Positions 38,446 to 47,046 of a stretch of DNA of 61,195 nucleotides are shown here, in pieces (within the stretch, counting starts at the first letter, position 1; each line of letters opens with the position of its first letter). The notes beneath the pieces were generated by a model. It saw nothing but the letters and a program-made list of their open reading frames with translations. It was not told the origin of the DNA and ran no database searches. A program made the translations under genes and the position numbers. The DNA is from Chloroflexota bacterium (GTDB taxonomy: Bacteria > Chloroflexota > Dehalococcoidia > SZUA-161). Location of the stretch: the NCBI GenBank assembly GCA_021787935.1, contig JAJYLC010000003.1, positions 1 through 61,195 of the forward strand, given 5' to 3'.

Positions 38446-39888
38446 ATGGTAGGGATTACCTCTTATGGCGCCTACATCCCTTTGCAGCGTATTAACCGTA
38501 AAGTTCTGGCAAATGCCACGGGTTGGTCCACCTCAGCAACTTCTCTGCCCGGTGAAAAGGCAGTTGCCAATTACGACGAAGACAGCGTAACTATGGCAGT
38601 GGGTGCCTCTATTGATTGTCTTACTGGGTTCGATAGAAACAAGGTGGGCGGCGTGTACTTCGCCACCACCACCCCACCCTACAGGGAGAAACAGAGCGCA
38701 GGGATTATCACCACTGCTCTCGACCTCCGCCCCGATGTCCGGGCCGCAGACTTCGCTGACTCTGTTAAGGCAGGGACTCATGCCCTGCTGGCTGCCTGCG
38801 ACGCTGTTAAGGCGGGCTCAGAGAAAAATATGATCGTGTGTGCCGCGGATTGCCGCCTGGGCAGGCCGGGCAGCGCCCAGGAGGTTATCTTCGGGGAAGC
38901 CGGCGCAGCTTTTATGGTAAGCGATACCGACGTCATCGCTACCCTGGAGGGTTCTTACACCCTTACCTATGACTTCCAGGACCAGTGGCGGGCTGACGGC
39001 GAGAAGTTCAACCGCATGTGGGAGGACAGATGGGCTCGAGACGAAGGCTACACCAAGTTCATCCCCGAGGCTATCAACGGCCTGTTGAAGAAATACAAGC
39101 TGAATATCAAGGATTTCGCCAAGGTCATTATTCCCTGCATCTATTTAAGGGAGCACCAGGGGATGGCAAAAGCACTACAACTCGACGAAAAGCAGGTCCA
39201 GAAAGAGATGCTGACTACAGTGGGCGACACCGGCACCGCCAACTCATTGATAATGCTGGTCGCCGCGCTCGAAGACGCCAAGCCGGGCGATAAAATCCTG
39301 GTGACGAGCTACGGAAACGGCGCCGATGCCCTGTTCTTCCAGGTGACCGAGCACATCGAAAAGGCTAAAAACAGGAGGGGAATTAAGAAACAACTAGCCT
39401 CACGGAAAGAGCTGACCAACTATGACAGATATTCGTCCTTCCGAGACATTGCACCTATGGAGGCAGGCTTCCGCGGAGAGGTGGGACCAACCAAGGTGTC
39501 GATGGCGTGGAGGGAACGAAAGGTCATCCTGGCCCTGTGTGGAGCCCGCTGCAAGCGCTGCGGCACTCCACAGTATCCTTACCAGAGGGTATGCGTCAAT
39601 CCCAAGTGCGGGGCGATCGATGAAATGGAATACTACCGCTTCTCCGACAAGAAGGCAAAGTTATTCAGCTACACCAGCGACAGCCTGGCCTACAGCGTCA
39701 GCCCACCGGAGATGTACGGTGTGGTGGAATTCGACGGGGGAGGAAGGTTCGCTTTCAATCTCACCGACTGCGAAGCAGAATCGCTTGCAGTAGACATGCC
39801 TTTGGAAATGACCTTTCGCAGAAAATATGTCGATAACGTACGGGGCATTCACGGTTATTTCTGGAAAGCAATGCCACCGAGAGCATAA
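38446..39888 (+). CDS. HMG-CoA synthase-like domain fused to a DUF35 zinc-ribbon/OB-fold (paralog 1)
   Basis: N-terminus GITSYGAYIP...GEKAVANYDEDSVTMA is HMGCS-like. C-terminus CKRCGT..VCVNPKCG plus OB fold is DUF35. The catalytic-Cys position appears substituted (DSVKAGT). Confidence 0.7.
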   Translation: MVGITSYGAYIPLQRINRKVLANATGWSTSATSLPGEKAVANYDEDSVTMAVGASIDCLTGFDRNKVGGVYFATTTPPYREKQSAGIITTALDLRPDVRAADFADSVKAGTHALLAACDAVKAGSEKNMIVCAADCRLGRPGSAQEVIFGEAGAAFMVSDTDVIATLEGSYTLTYDFQDQWRADGEKFNRMWEDRWARDEGYTKFIPEAINGLLKKYKLNIKDFAKVIIPCIYLREHQGMAKALQLDEKQVQKEMLTTVGDTGTANSLIMLVAALEDAKPGDKILVTSYGNGADALFFQVTEHIEKAKNRRGIKKQLASRKELTNYDRYSSFRDIAPMEAGFRGEVGPTKVSMAWRERKVILALCGARCKRCGTPQYPYQRVCVNPKCGAIDEMEYYRFSDKKAKLFSYTSDSLAYSVSPPEMYGVVEFDGGGRFAFNLTDCEAESLAVDMPLEMTFRRKYVDNVRGIHGYFWKAMPPRA

Positions 39889-39937
39889 AGCCCGTGAGCA
39901 CAACAATCAAGGTAAATAGAACCATAAGGAGGTTAAG

Positions 39938-41143
39938 GTGGCTGCAGGAATAAGAGACAAAGTAGCAATTATCGGAATGGGCTGCACCAAGTTCGGGGAG
40001 CTCTGGAACAAAAGCCCGGAAGACCTCATGGTTGATGCTTTCAAGGAACTTCTTGAAGATGCCAAGATAGAGAAAAAGGACATCCAGGCCGCCTGGCAGG
40101 GCGGCCCCGAGTTCACTCCGGGCAGTGTAGGAGACAGCGCTCTGCCCCTGGCTCAGACTTTAAAGCTCCCATTCATACCTGTGACTAAAGTAGAAAACAT
40201 GTGTGCCAGCGGCTCGGAAGCTTTCAGGGGCGCCTGTTATGCTGTGGCCTCAGGAGCTTGCGACATAGCCATGGCGCTGGGCGTGGAAAAGCTCAAGGAT
40301 AATGGCTATGGCGGCCTTCCTGAGTTCTCGCACTATGCCACCATAGGCACCAAGCACAGGATTATCGGGGCGAACCAGACTGCGCCGGGCATGTTCGCTA
40401 TGCTGGCTACCAGATACTTCAACAGATATGGCATCAGCCCGCAGGATGGTAAGAAGATGCTGGCTGCGGTATCAGCCAAAAGCCATCACAACGGCGCTTT
40501 GAACCCCAAGGCCCACCTGCGCAGAGAAGTAACCATCGAACAGATAGTGAATGCGCCGATTGTAGCCTGGCCCCTGGGGCTGTTTGACTGCTGCGGGGTG
40601 AGCGATGGCGCAGCATCAGCCATCGTCTGCCGTGCCGACATGGCAAAGCAGTTCAGGAGCGATCCCGTCTATGTCAAATCCCTCCAGATTGCTGCAACCT
40701 CCGGTGAGGAGGAGATGTACACGGATTACGACTATACTCACGTGGAAACAACCACCCGTGCTGCAGCAAGGGCCTACGCCGAGGCGGGGATAAAGAACGC
40801 CCGCGATGAGATCAGCATGGCCGAGGTCCACGACTGCTTCTCCATCACCGAGGCGGTTACTATGGAGGACTTGCAGTTCAGTCCTCGGGGCAAGGTGATG
40901 GACGATATCATGTCGGGCCGCTTCAATCTGGACGGAGCACAGCCGGTGCAGCCCGACGGCGGGCTGAAATGTTTCGGCCATCCTATCGGCGCTTCCGGGA
41001 TTCGCATGATCTACGAAATGTACAAACAGCTTCAGGGCAAGGCTGACAAGAGGCAATTGAAAAATCCCAAATACGGACTCACTCATAACCTGGGCGGCAT
41101 CCCCTACAGGAGCGTAGTCAGTATAGTCATCGTAGGCAATTAG
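39938..41143 (+). CDS. Thiolase (archaeal/SCP-x type), paralog 1
   Basis: GTG start after AAGGAGG. Has VAIIGMGCTKFG, the nucleophile context VENMCASGS, and GHPIGASG. Confidence 0.85.
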   Translation: MAAGIRDKVAIIGMGCTKFGELWNKSPEDLMVDAFKELLEDAKIEKKDIQAAWQGGPEFTPGSVGDSALPLAQTLKLPFIPVTKVENMCASGSEAFRGACYAVASGACDIAMALGVEKLKDNGYGGLPEFSHYATIGTKHRIIGANQTAPGMFAMLATRYFNRYGISPQDGKKMLAAVSAKSHHNGALNPKAHLRREVTIEQIVNAPIVAWPLGLFDCCGVSDGAASAIVCRADMAKQFRSDPVYVKSLQIAATSGEEEMYTDYDYTHVETTTRAAARAYAEAGIKNARDEISMAEVHDCFSITEAVTMEDLQFSPRGKVMDDIMSGRFNLDGAQPVQPDGGLKCFGHPIGASGIRMIYEMYKQLQGKADKRQLKNPKYGLTHNLGGIPYRSVVSIVIVGN

Positions 41144-41168
41144 CTTCAAACGGAAGGGAAATGTTCGG

Positions 41169-41198
41169 GGGCGTCCTTCCCGCATGGGAAGGACGCCC
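41169..41198 (+). other. Perfect 13-bp hairpin after thiolase 1
   Basis: gggcgtccttccc-gcat-gggaaggacgccc. There is no U-run, so terminator function is uncertain. Confidence 0.5.
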
Positions 41199-41205
41199 TA
41201 TATAT

Positions 41206-41263
41206 GTAGCGTCGTGACTCCTGTCACGACGTAAATACGTCGCCACAGGAGTGGCGGCGCTAC
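41206..41263 (+). repeat. Double-hairpin repeat 'gtagcgtcgtgactcc..'
   Basis: gtagcgtcgtgactcctgtcacgacg-taaata-cgtcgccacaggagtggcggcgctac. Each half is itself a hairpin. Confidence 0.85.
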
Positions 41264-41292
41264 ACAAAGGAATTGTGAACGAAAGCACAAGA

Positions 41293-41301
41293 TGCTATAA
41301 T
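41293..41301 (+). promoter_or_regulatory. Extended -10 box (TGCTATAAT) upstream of module 2
   Basis: Same caagatgctataat string as at 38409-38422. Confidence 0.45.
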
Positions 41302-41334
41302 GAACGTCGAAAGTTGCTAATTTAAGGAGGGCAA

Positions 41335-42759
41335 ATGGCAGGGATTGCATCATATGGTGCATACATACCGCTTTACCGGCTGAATCGGGCTGAAATTAAC
41401 AGCGCGTGGGGTGGTATGTTTCCAGTCCCGGGCGAAAAAGCGGTTGCCAGTTATGACGAAGACAGCATAACTATGGCAGTGGCTGCTGCCAGGGACTGCC
41501 TCAAAGGTATCGACCGGAACAAAGTCGACCGGTTGTATTTCGCCTCTACGACCTCTCCCTACAAAGAGAAACTGGCAGCATCTATCATTGCCGGCGCCCT
41601 GGGGCTGCGCAGAGATATATACGCCATGGACTTCGCAGGCTCCTTAAGGGCGGGGACAAATGCCCTGAGAGCGGCTATCGATGCCGTGGATGCCAAGGCA
41701 GCCAAGTACGTTCTGGTCACCTGCGCTGAGACCCGTCTCGGGGCCCCCAAGGGCGATAAGGAGATAACCTTCGGCGATGGTGCCGCTGCTTTCCTGGTAT
41801 CGAGCACAGGAGTAGCAACCAGCATCGAAGGCAGCTACGCCATCTTCCAGGAGTTTCACGAGAACTGGCGCTCGGACAAGGACACCTTCGTTCGTTCCTG
41901 GGAAGAGCGGTTCATTCGTGAAGCAGGATACACTAAGCTGGTCCCCGAAGCGGTCAACGCAGCTCTGAAGCAGTGCAAAATTACCGTAGCTGATATCTCC
42001 AAGGCTGCTATTTTCGCCGCCGACCCCAGGCTGCTGGGGAACGTAGCCGGGAAGATAGGATTCGACGCCTTTGCCCAGCTTCAAGACCCTATGTTCATGA
42101 CAGTGGGCAATACCGGCGCAGCGCTTCCCCTGATGATGCTGGTGGCAGCTATGGAGGATGCTGGTCCGGAACAAAGGCTCATGTGCGTGGGCTACGGCGA
42201 TGGCTGCGACGTGCTAATCATGAAGACGACTGAGGCTATCGAGAAAATCAAGGATAGAAGAGGGATAAAGCGTCATCTGGAAGCCAAGAAGATGATTCCG
42301 AATTACCTGAAGTACGTGCTCTGGCGCGGGCTGATGGAAACCGAGCCCCCTCCGCGCCCTCCCATCAACCATATATCCGTACCGGCGCTGTGGAGAGACC
42401 GCGAGTGGGGCCTTTCCCTCACCGGCCAGCGCTGCAAAAAATGCAAGACTCCCCAGTACCCACCCCAGCGCGTATGTGTTATCTGCCAGTCAGAGGACAA
42501 TTTCGAGCCATACCACTTCACCGATGTAAAGGCTACGCTCAACACTTTCTCCCATGACAACCTGGCAGCCAGCATAGACCCGCCGACGACCATTGCAGCG
42601 GTTGACTTCGCAGAGGGCGGCAGGATCATATTCAATATGACCGACCGCGACCCCGAAGAGGTGAAGACAGGCATGCCGCTAGAGATGGTGTTCAGACAGG
42701 TGCATTACTGGGAGGGGATTCACAATTACTGGTGGAAGTGCGCACCCATCAGGTGCTAA
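41335..42759 (+). CDS. HMG-CoA synthase-like domain fused to a DUF35 zinc-ribbon/OB-fold (paralog 2)
   Basis: Collinear with 38446..39888; roughly half the positions are identical by eye. Zinc ribbon is CKKCKT..VCVICQS. Confidence 0.7.
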   Translation: MAGIASYGAYIPLYRLNRAEINSAWGGMFPVPGEKAVASYDEDSITMAVAAARDCLKGIDRNKVDRLYFASTTSPYKEKLAASIIAGALGLRRDIYAMDFAGSLRAGTNALRAAIDAVDAKAAKYVLVTCAETRLGAPKGDKEITFGDGAAAFLVSSTGVATSIEGSYAIFQEFHENWRSDKDTFVRSWEERFIREAGYTKLVPEAVNAALKQCKITVADISKAAIFAADPRLLGNVAGKIGFDAFAQLQDPMFMTVGNTGAALPLMMLVAAMEDAGPEQRLMCVGYGDGCDVLIMKTTEAIEKIKDRRGIKRHLEAKKMIPNYLKYVLWRGLMETEPPPRPPINHISVPALWRDREWGLSLTGQRCKKCKTPQYPPQRVCVICQSEDNFEPYHFTDVKATLNTFSHDNLAASIDPPTTIAAVDFAEGGRIIFNMTDRDPEEVKTGMPLEMVFRQVHYWEGIHNYWWKCAPIRC

Positions 42760-42802
42760 AACAAAGCTATAATCAGAATTGCCATATACTTAAGGAGGGT
42801 AA

Positions 42803-43981
42803 ATGGGGAGCATCAAAGGTATTAGAGACAAAGTCGCAATAATAGGAATGGGCTGCACCAAATTTGGTGAGCATTGGGATAAAAGCAAAAATGACTTAAT
42901 CTATGAGGCAACCAGGGACGCCCTGGCGGATGCCAAGATGGAGCCTAAAGATATCGAGGCTGCCTGGGGAGGCACCTGGGTATCCGGGTTCGATGGACGT
43001 TGCCTGGCTGACCCCTTGAAGCTGCAGTACATACCCGTCACCAGGGTGGAGAACGCCTGTGCCTCGGGGTCGGACGCCTTCAGAAACGCCTGCTACGCAG
43101 TAGCAGCCGGCGCCTATGACATCTGTCTCGCAGTCGGCTTCGAGAAGCTGAAGGACTCGGGCTGGAGCGGACTTCCCGACCAGCAGAGTCTGCCCAATAA
43201 TAGGTACCCCGACAGGACTGCGCCGGGTATGTTCGCCCTGATGGCTACAACATATTTCTCCAAGTACAAGCTGAGCCCGGAAGAGGGCAAGAGGATGATA
43301 GGCCTGGTCTCGGTGAAAAGCCATCACAACGGCACCCTGAACCCCAGGGCGCACTTGCGCAGAGAAGTGACGATAGAGCAGGTAATGAACGCGCCTATAG
43401 TTGCCTGGCCTCTGGGTCTCTTCGACTGCTGCGGCGTGAGCGACGGAGCGGCAGCCGCTATCGTGTGCAGGGCAGACGTGGCGAAAAAGTACAGGACCGA
43501 CCCTGTCTATGTCAAGGCACTGCAAATTTCCGTGTGCCCCAGCGAGGGCGAGCTCAGGGCCGACTACGATTTCACCACCGTGAAGGCGACAGTCAGGGCC
43601 GGCGAAGCGGCCTATGCCGAGGCCGGGATAAAGAACCCGCGCGAAGAGATAAGCATGGCTGAGCTTCATGACTGCTTCAGCATAACAGAGGCTGTCACCT
43701 GTGAAGACCTCAAGTTCAGCCCCAAGGGTAAAGTGAAGCAGGATATCGAGTCAGGCTTCTTCAACCTGGATGGTGGGCTGCCGGTGCAGCCTGATGGAGG
43801 CCTGAAATCCTTCGGCCATCCCATCGGAGCCAGCGGCGTGAGGATGCTGTTCGAGATGTACCTCCAGCTTCAGGGCAAGGCTGACAAGCGCCAGATAAAG
43901 AACCCCAAGTTTGGCCTGACCCATAACCTGGGCGGCATCCCGGTGAGCAACACGGTGAGCGTGCTCATCATCGGACTGTAA
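42803..43981 (+). CDS. Thiolase (archaeal/SCP-x type), paralog 2
   Basis: Has VAIIGMGCTKFG, VENACASGS and GHPIGASG. Collinear with 39938..41143. Confidence 0.85.
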   Translation: MGSIKGIRDKVAIIGMGCTKFGEHWDKSKNDLIYEATRDALADAKMEPKDIEAAWGGTWVSGFDGRCLADPLKLQYIPVTRVENACASGSDAFRNACYAVAAGAYDICLAVGFEKLKDSGWSGLPDQQSLPNNRYPDRTAPGMFALMATTYFSKYKLSPEEGKRMIGLVSVKSHHNGTLNPRAHLRREVTIEQVMNAPIVAWPLGLFDCCGVSDGAAAAIVCRADVAKKYRTDPVYVKALQISVCPSEGELRADYDFTTVKATVRAGEAAYAEAGIKNPREEISMAELHDCFSITEAVTCEDLKFSPKGKVKQDIESGFFNLDGGLPVQPDGGLKSFGHPIGASGVRMLFEMYLQLQGKADKRQIKNPKFGLTHNLGGIPVSNTVSVLIIGL

Positions 43982-44036
43982 GTAGCACAACGATATAGAA
44001 AGGTTTTGTGAGCGATTATAGCGCTGCTCCACACTA

Positions 44037-44259
44037 CTAACCATGAGAATGAACATGAGGCGATTCACTAGGCTAACAAATGGATTCTCAAAGAAAGTGG
44101 AGAACCTAGAATACGCTGTAGCACTTCACTATATGTACTATAACTTCTGTCGAGTGCAATAAGAGCCTAGCTAATCCTTATCCCAAGACGCTAGCGATGG
44201 CAGCAGGATTAACTGACCCTGTTTGGAATATAGAGGAAATAGTTAGGCTGACATATTAA
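44037..44259 (+). pseudogene. C-terminal relic of an IS1-like (single-ORF DDE) transposase
   Basis: Reads LTMRMNMRRFTRLTNGFSKKVENLEYAVALHYMYYNFCRVQ*, then after a +1 shift KSLANPYPKTLAMAAGLTDPVWNIEEIVRLTY*. This parallels the C-terminus of the intact gene at 48506..49342. Confidence 0.75.
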
Positions 44260-44282
44260 TCGAAATAATCAGTATTAAAGTA

Positions 44283-45131
44283 TTAAAACGATGTTTCTTC
44301 GGCATTAAGGGCATCAACAGGCAACTGGATATTAACCGGTTCATTATAATCGCTGTATGTAGTACTACAAGTAAATGTCACTGTCATGCTGTCCATATTC
44401 AGTAAAGTATTACCAACATCTTGACGCTCCATTTTGAGGGATATATTGGTTTGGTTTTTTACGGGAAGATATTTATCCTTCGATATCCATTCTCTAATCG
44501 AATAGGACTTGAGAATTTTGCTCCAGTCTACGCCATTGATATCAACTAACCCATTCAGATTATCAGCCAAATATGATTTCGTTAGAGTGTCCATTTCCGG
44601 TGTGAATTGAATAACATAGCAGTCAACACCATCAACTTTTTCAACACCTGCCTTGGTAATCTTGTGTGCTGATTTAAGAGCATCGGCATCTCTACCTATC
44701 TGATTACTGATCATCCATGCATCTTGAGTCAACTCCTTTTTCATCCACTGACCGCTATCATTGGGTGAACTCGCTTTTCCATAAAACCACCCATCCATAA
44801 AATACGTGTAGGAAGTGAGATATCGGGTAACCAATTGTCCTGTCTGATCTAAGCTTGATTGCAGAGTTCTCTGCATTTCTCGGTTAATTATATTCAAGGA
44901 AGCAGTCGAGTTGCCCCGGGATATGATATAGCCCTGCCCTGTCTTACTGGTAACTGTTAGCACTTCTTGCGAAGTCTGAGTGTATTTATACGTATTCAAT
45001 GTCGCTATGTTACTCAGCGCATTAGATAATATGGCTTGTGCACCCACCCCGTTGGTACATCCTGAGAGACCAAGGGGCACAACAAGGGCTAGCAATAATA
45101 ACCAGTATAAACCCAAATAATGTTTAGCCAT
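44283..45131 (-). CDS. Hypothetical lipoprotein
   Basis: Signal peptide with lipobox LSGC. AT-rich gene inside the accessory island. No family assigned with confidence. Confidence 0.6.
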   Translation of the reverse strand: MAKHYLGLYWLLLLALVVPLGLSGCTNGVGAQAILSNALSNIATLNTYKYTQTSQEVLTVTSKTGQGYIISRGNSTASLNIINREMQRTLQSSLDQTGQLVTRYLTSYTYFMDGWFYGKASSPNDSGQWMKKELTQDAWMISNQIGRDADALKSAHKITKAGVEKVDGVDCYVIQFTPEMDTLTKSYLADNLNGLVDINGVDWSKILKSYSIREWISKDKYLPVKNQTNISLKMERQDVGNTLLNMDSMTVTFTCSTTYSDYNEPVNIQLPVDALNAEETSF

Positions 45132-45398
45132 GGATGATTTTGGCCTCCACTATCAATGGCGGGCATCTTATATGATTATCTCCAACTATAATACACTAAA
45201 TAGCTTTAGTATTCAAATTAACCCACTACCCGCTTTTTGGTTCTCTTGCATTTTGCTGTATCCTATGATATAGTCCGAACATGGGTAAAAATAGACCTGC
45301 CTGTAAGTCAAAGAAGGGGGCATGTAAGGAAATAAAGCTGCCACCTGATTCGAAAGGCAAGGTCGTACTGAGAAAGACATCACGTAGAATAAACCCCC

Positions 45399-45860
45399 CT
45401 AAATAGTAATTATCAATATCCCTAAAATGACAGCCTCCAAAGCAAAACTTATATAGCATATTCGCAACCATTTAGCTTTGCTATTCAAGACTTTCGCATT
45501 GTCAGGTTCTACATCTGAGATTTGCTTAGCTGACCATAGCAATAATTCATTGTCTGTATATTCCTCTGACATTGTATATGTCTGCAAATCGTTCAAAAGG
45601 GGGTTAATTTTCCACTTCCGTAGCCATAGTGCTGCAATCGCAGATATTGCACAAGCCGCAAAACAGATTAATGCCCCTATGAACAGATAATGCGGACGTT
45701 CAATGAAATGGTGCTTAAAACTGCCAAAGGCTACAGCACCAATTAAGGCACCTGCTATGGCTAGCATTGCAGTAGCCATCATATCAAAATGCCGCCTACT
45801 GCTCTCTTGCTCTTCTTTAGTTAGTTTCGCATAATCGTAATATAATTCATATTTATCCAT
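45399..45860 (-). CDS. Small three-TM membrane protein carried inside the IS6 element
   Basis: Hydrophobic helices MMATAMLAIAGALIGAVAFG, YLFIGALICFAACAISAIAALWL and WLRICYISFALEAVILGILIITI. Starts 8 nt after the transposase stop. Confidence 0.55.
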   Translation of the reverse strand: MDKYELYYDYAKLTKEEQESSRRHFDMMATAMLAIAGALIGAVAFGSFKHHFIERPHYLFIGALICFAACAISAIAALWLRKWKINPLLNDLQTYTMSEEYTDNELLLWSAKQISDVEPDNAKVLNSKAKWLRICYISFALEAVILGILIITI

Positions 45861-45868
45861 ATAGCCTC

Positions 45869-46894
45869 CTAAAACCCGAAAGGCGTTTTTTGCCTCAGCT
45901 CAACTTGCTGAAAAGAAGTTGCATTAAATTTAACGACATCCGTCCAGCTAGTCAATGGCGATTTAATCCCTGCTACTTCGGCAGGTGTCTTATCCTTCAA
46001 GGACATATGCGGACGAAAGTAATTATAGTGAAGCAAGAAGCCGTCCAGAATTTGTTCGGCGGTCTCTATTGTTTTGAAGCCTCTTAATACCTTTGTGCGA
46101 CCTTTTAGAGTCCCGTGGAAACGCTCAATCAGGTTCGTGCTGATTTCCGCAGTTAAGCCTCTAGATTGAATATGTTTGGAATATGACCCGAACACTAACT
46201 CAATCCCGTCAATGTAAGCTGCCAGTTGGTCTGAGATAATGAATCTAGGCGCTTTGCCTGCTTTTTGCCATGCCCTACGCATGATGGTAGCGGCGTCAAG
46301 AGTGGTGCGAGATTTGGACAAATGAGAAGCTAGAAGGAATCGGGTATCCTCGTCAATGATGTCCCAAAACCATAGATTTCGCCCCGTTGCCTTGATAACT
46401 GTCTCGTCCACAACCCAAACGTCTGATACCTTCGGCTGTAAAGGATTCAGTATCGTAGCTGCGATAAAGGTATACCGTATTATCCAACGATAGACAGTCG
46501 AAGGCGCAACGGGATTGTTATAGGTTTCCTTGAAGTGATTGGCTACTAATGCTACAGACATGCCATCATAGAACATATTTAGGGCTGCGCCTATTTGGTC
46601 GGTAGGGGTTTGGAAGTGGTAAGGGGCATCTTTGTCTATAAAAACCCTGCCACACGCCTTGCAAATATAGTTCTGTACCCCGTTTCTTACGCCACGCTTC
46701 ATTATGTCCGTGCTGCCACACCATTTACAGGCAATAAGCTGAGGCTCGGTATAAATCTGTTTCTCTAAGCTTGCTGTGCCAGCAGATTTGTCTAATATCG
46801 TGCATGGCTTAATGCTGATACATTTTGACTGTTTTTGTTCGTGCTCTAACATCTTTTTTAACCTGCGTTCAAATTTCCTATCTCTCTTAACCAT
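45869..46894 (-). CDS. IS6-family DDE transposase with N-terminal zinc ribbon
   Basis: CKWCGS...CKACG ribbon. DDE context VVDETVIKA...IISDQLAAY...NLIERFHGTLKGR, ending RPHMSL. The ATG at 46894 follows AGGAGG. Confidence 0.8.
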   Translation of the reverse strand: MVKRDRKFERRLKKMLEHEQKQSKCISIKPCTILDKSAGTASLEKQIYTEPQLIACKWCGSTDIMKRGVRNGVQNYICKACGRVFIDKDAPYHFQTPTDQIGAALNMFYDGMSVALVANHFKETYNNPVAPSTVYRWIIRYTFIAATILNPLQPKVSDVWVVDETVIKATGRNLWFWDIIDEDTRFLLASHLSKSRTTLDAATIMRRAWQKAGKAPRFIISDQLAAYIDGIELVFGSYSKHIQSRGLTAEISTNLIERFHGTLKGRTKVLRGFKTIETAEQILDGFLLHYNYFRPHMSLKDKTPAEVAGIKSPLTSWTDVVKFNATSFQQVELRQKTPFGF

Positions 46895-47009
46895 CCTGTA
46901 GCCTCCTTTGGGATAGCTACAGGATAGCATTTTCGACTTTAAATTACATCATGGTGCAAGAGAACCCGCTTTTTGGTAGTGTATCATTTTGAATTTTTCC
47001 TTTTCTAAA

Positions 47010-47038
47010 TTGACTTCTAAACCTAGACAGTCTACAAT
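47010..47038 (+). promoter_or_regulatory. Promoter of the methyltransferase gene (probably a leaderless mRNA)
   Basis: TTGACT, 17-nt spacer, TACAAT. The -10 box ends 8 nt before the ATG and there is no Shine-Dalgarno sequence. Confidence 0.5.
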
Positions 47039-47046
47039 CTTCTGCG

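Larger units (their letters stand above)
45239..46966 (-). mobile_element. IS6-family insertion sequence (1728 bp) with a passenger ORF
   Basis: Terminal inverted repeats GGTTCTCTTGCA (45239-45250) and TGCAAGAGAACC (46955-46966). Flanked by 8-bp direct repeats CGCTTTTT (45231-45238 and 46967-46974), the duplication size typical of the IS6 family. Confidence 0.8.
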
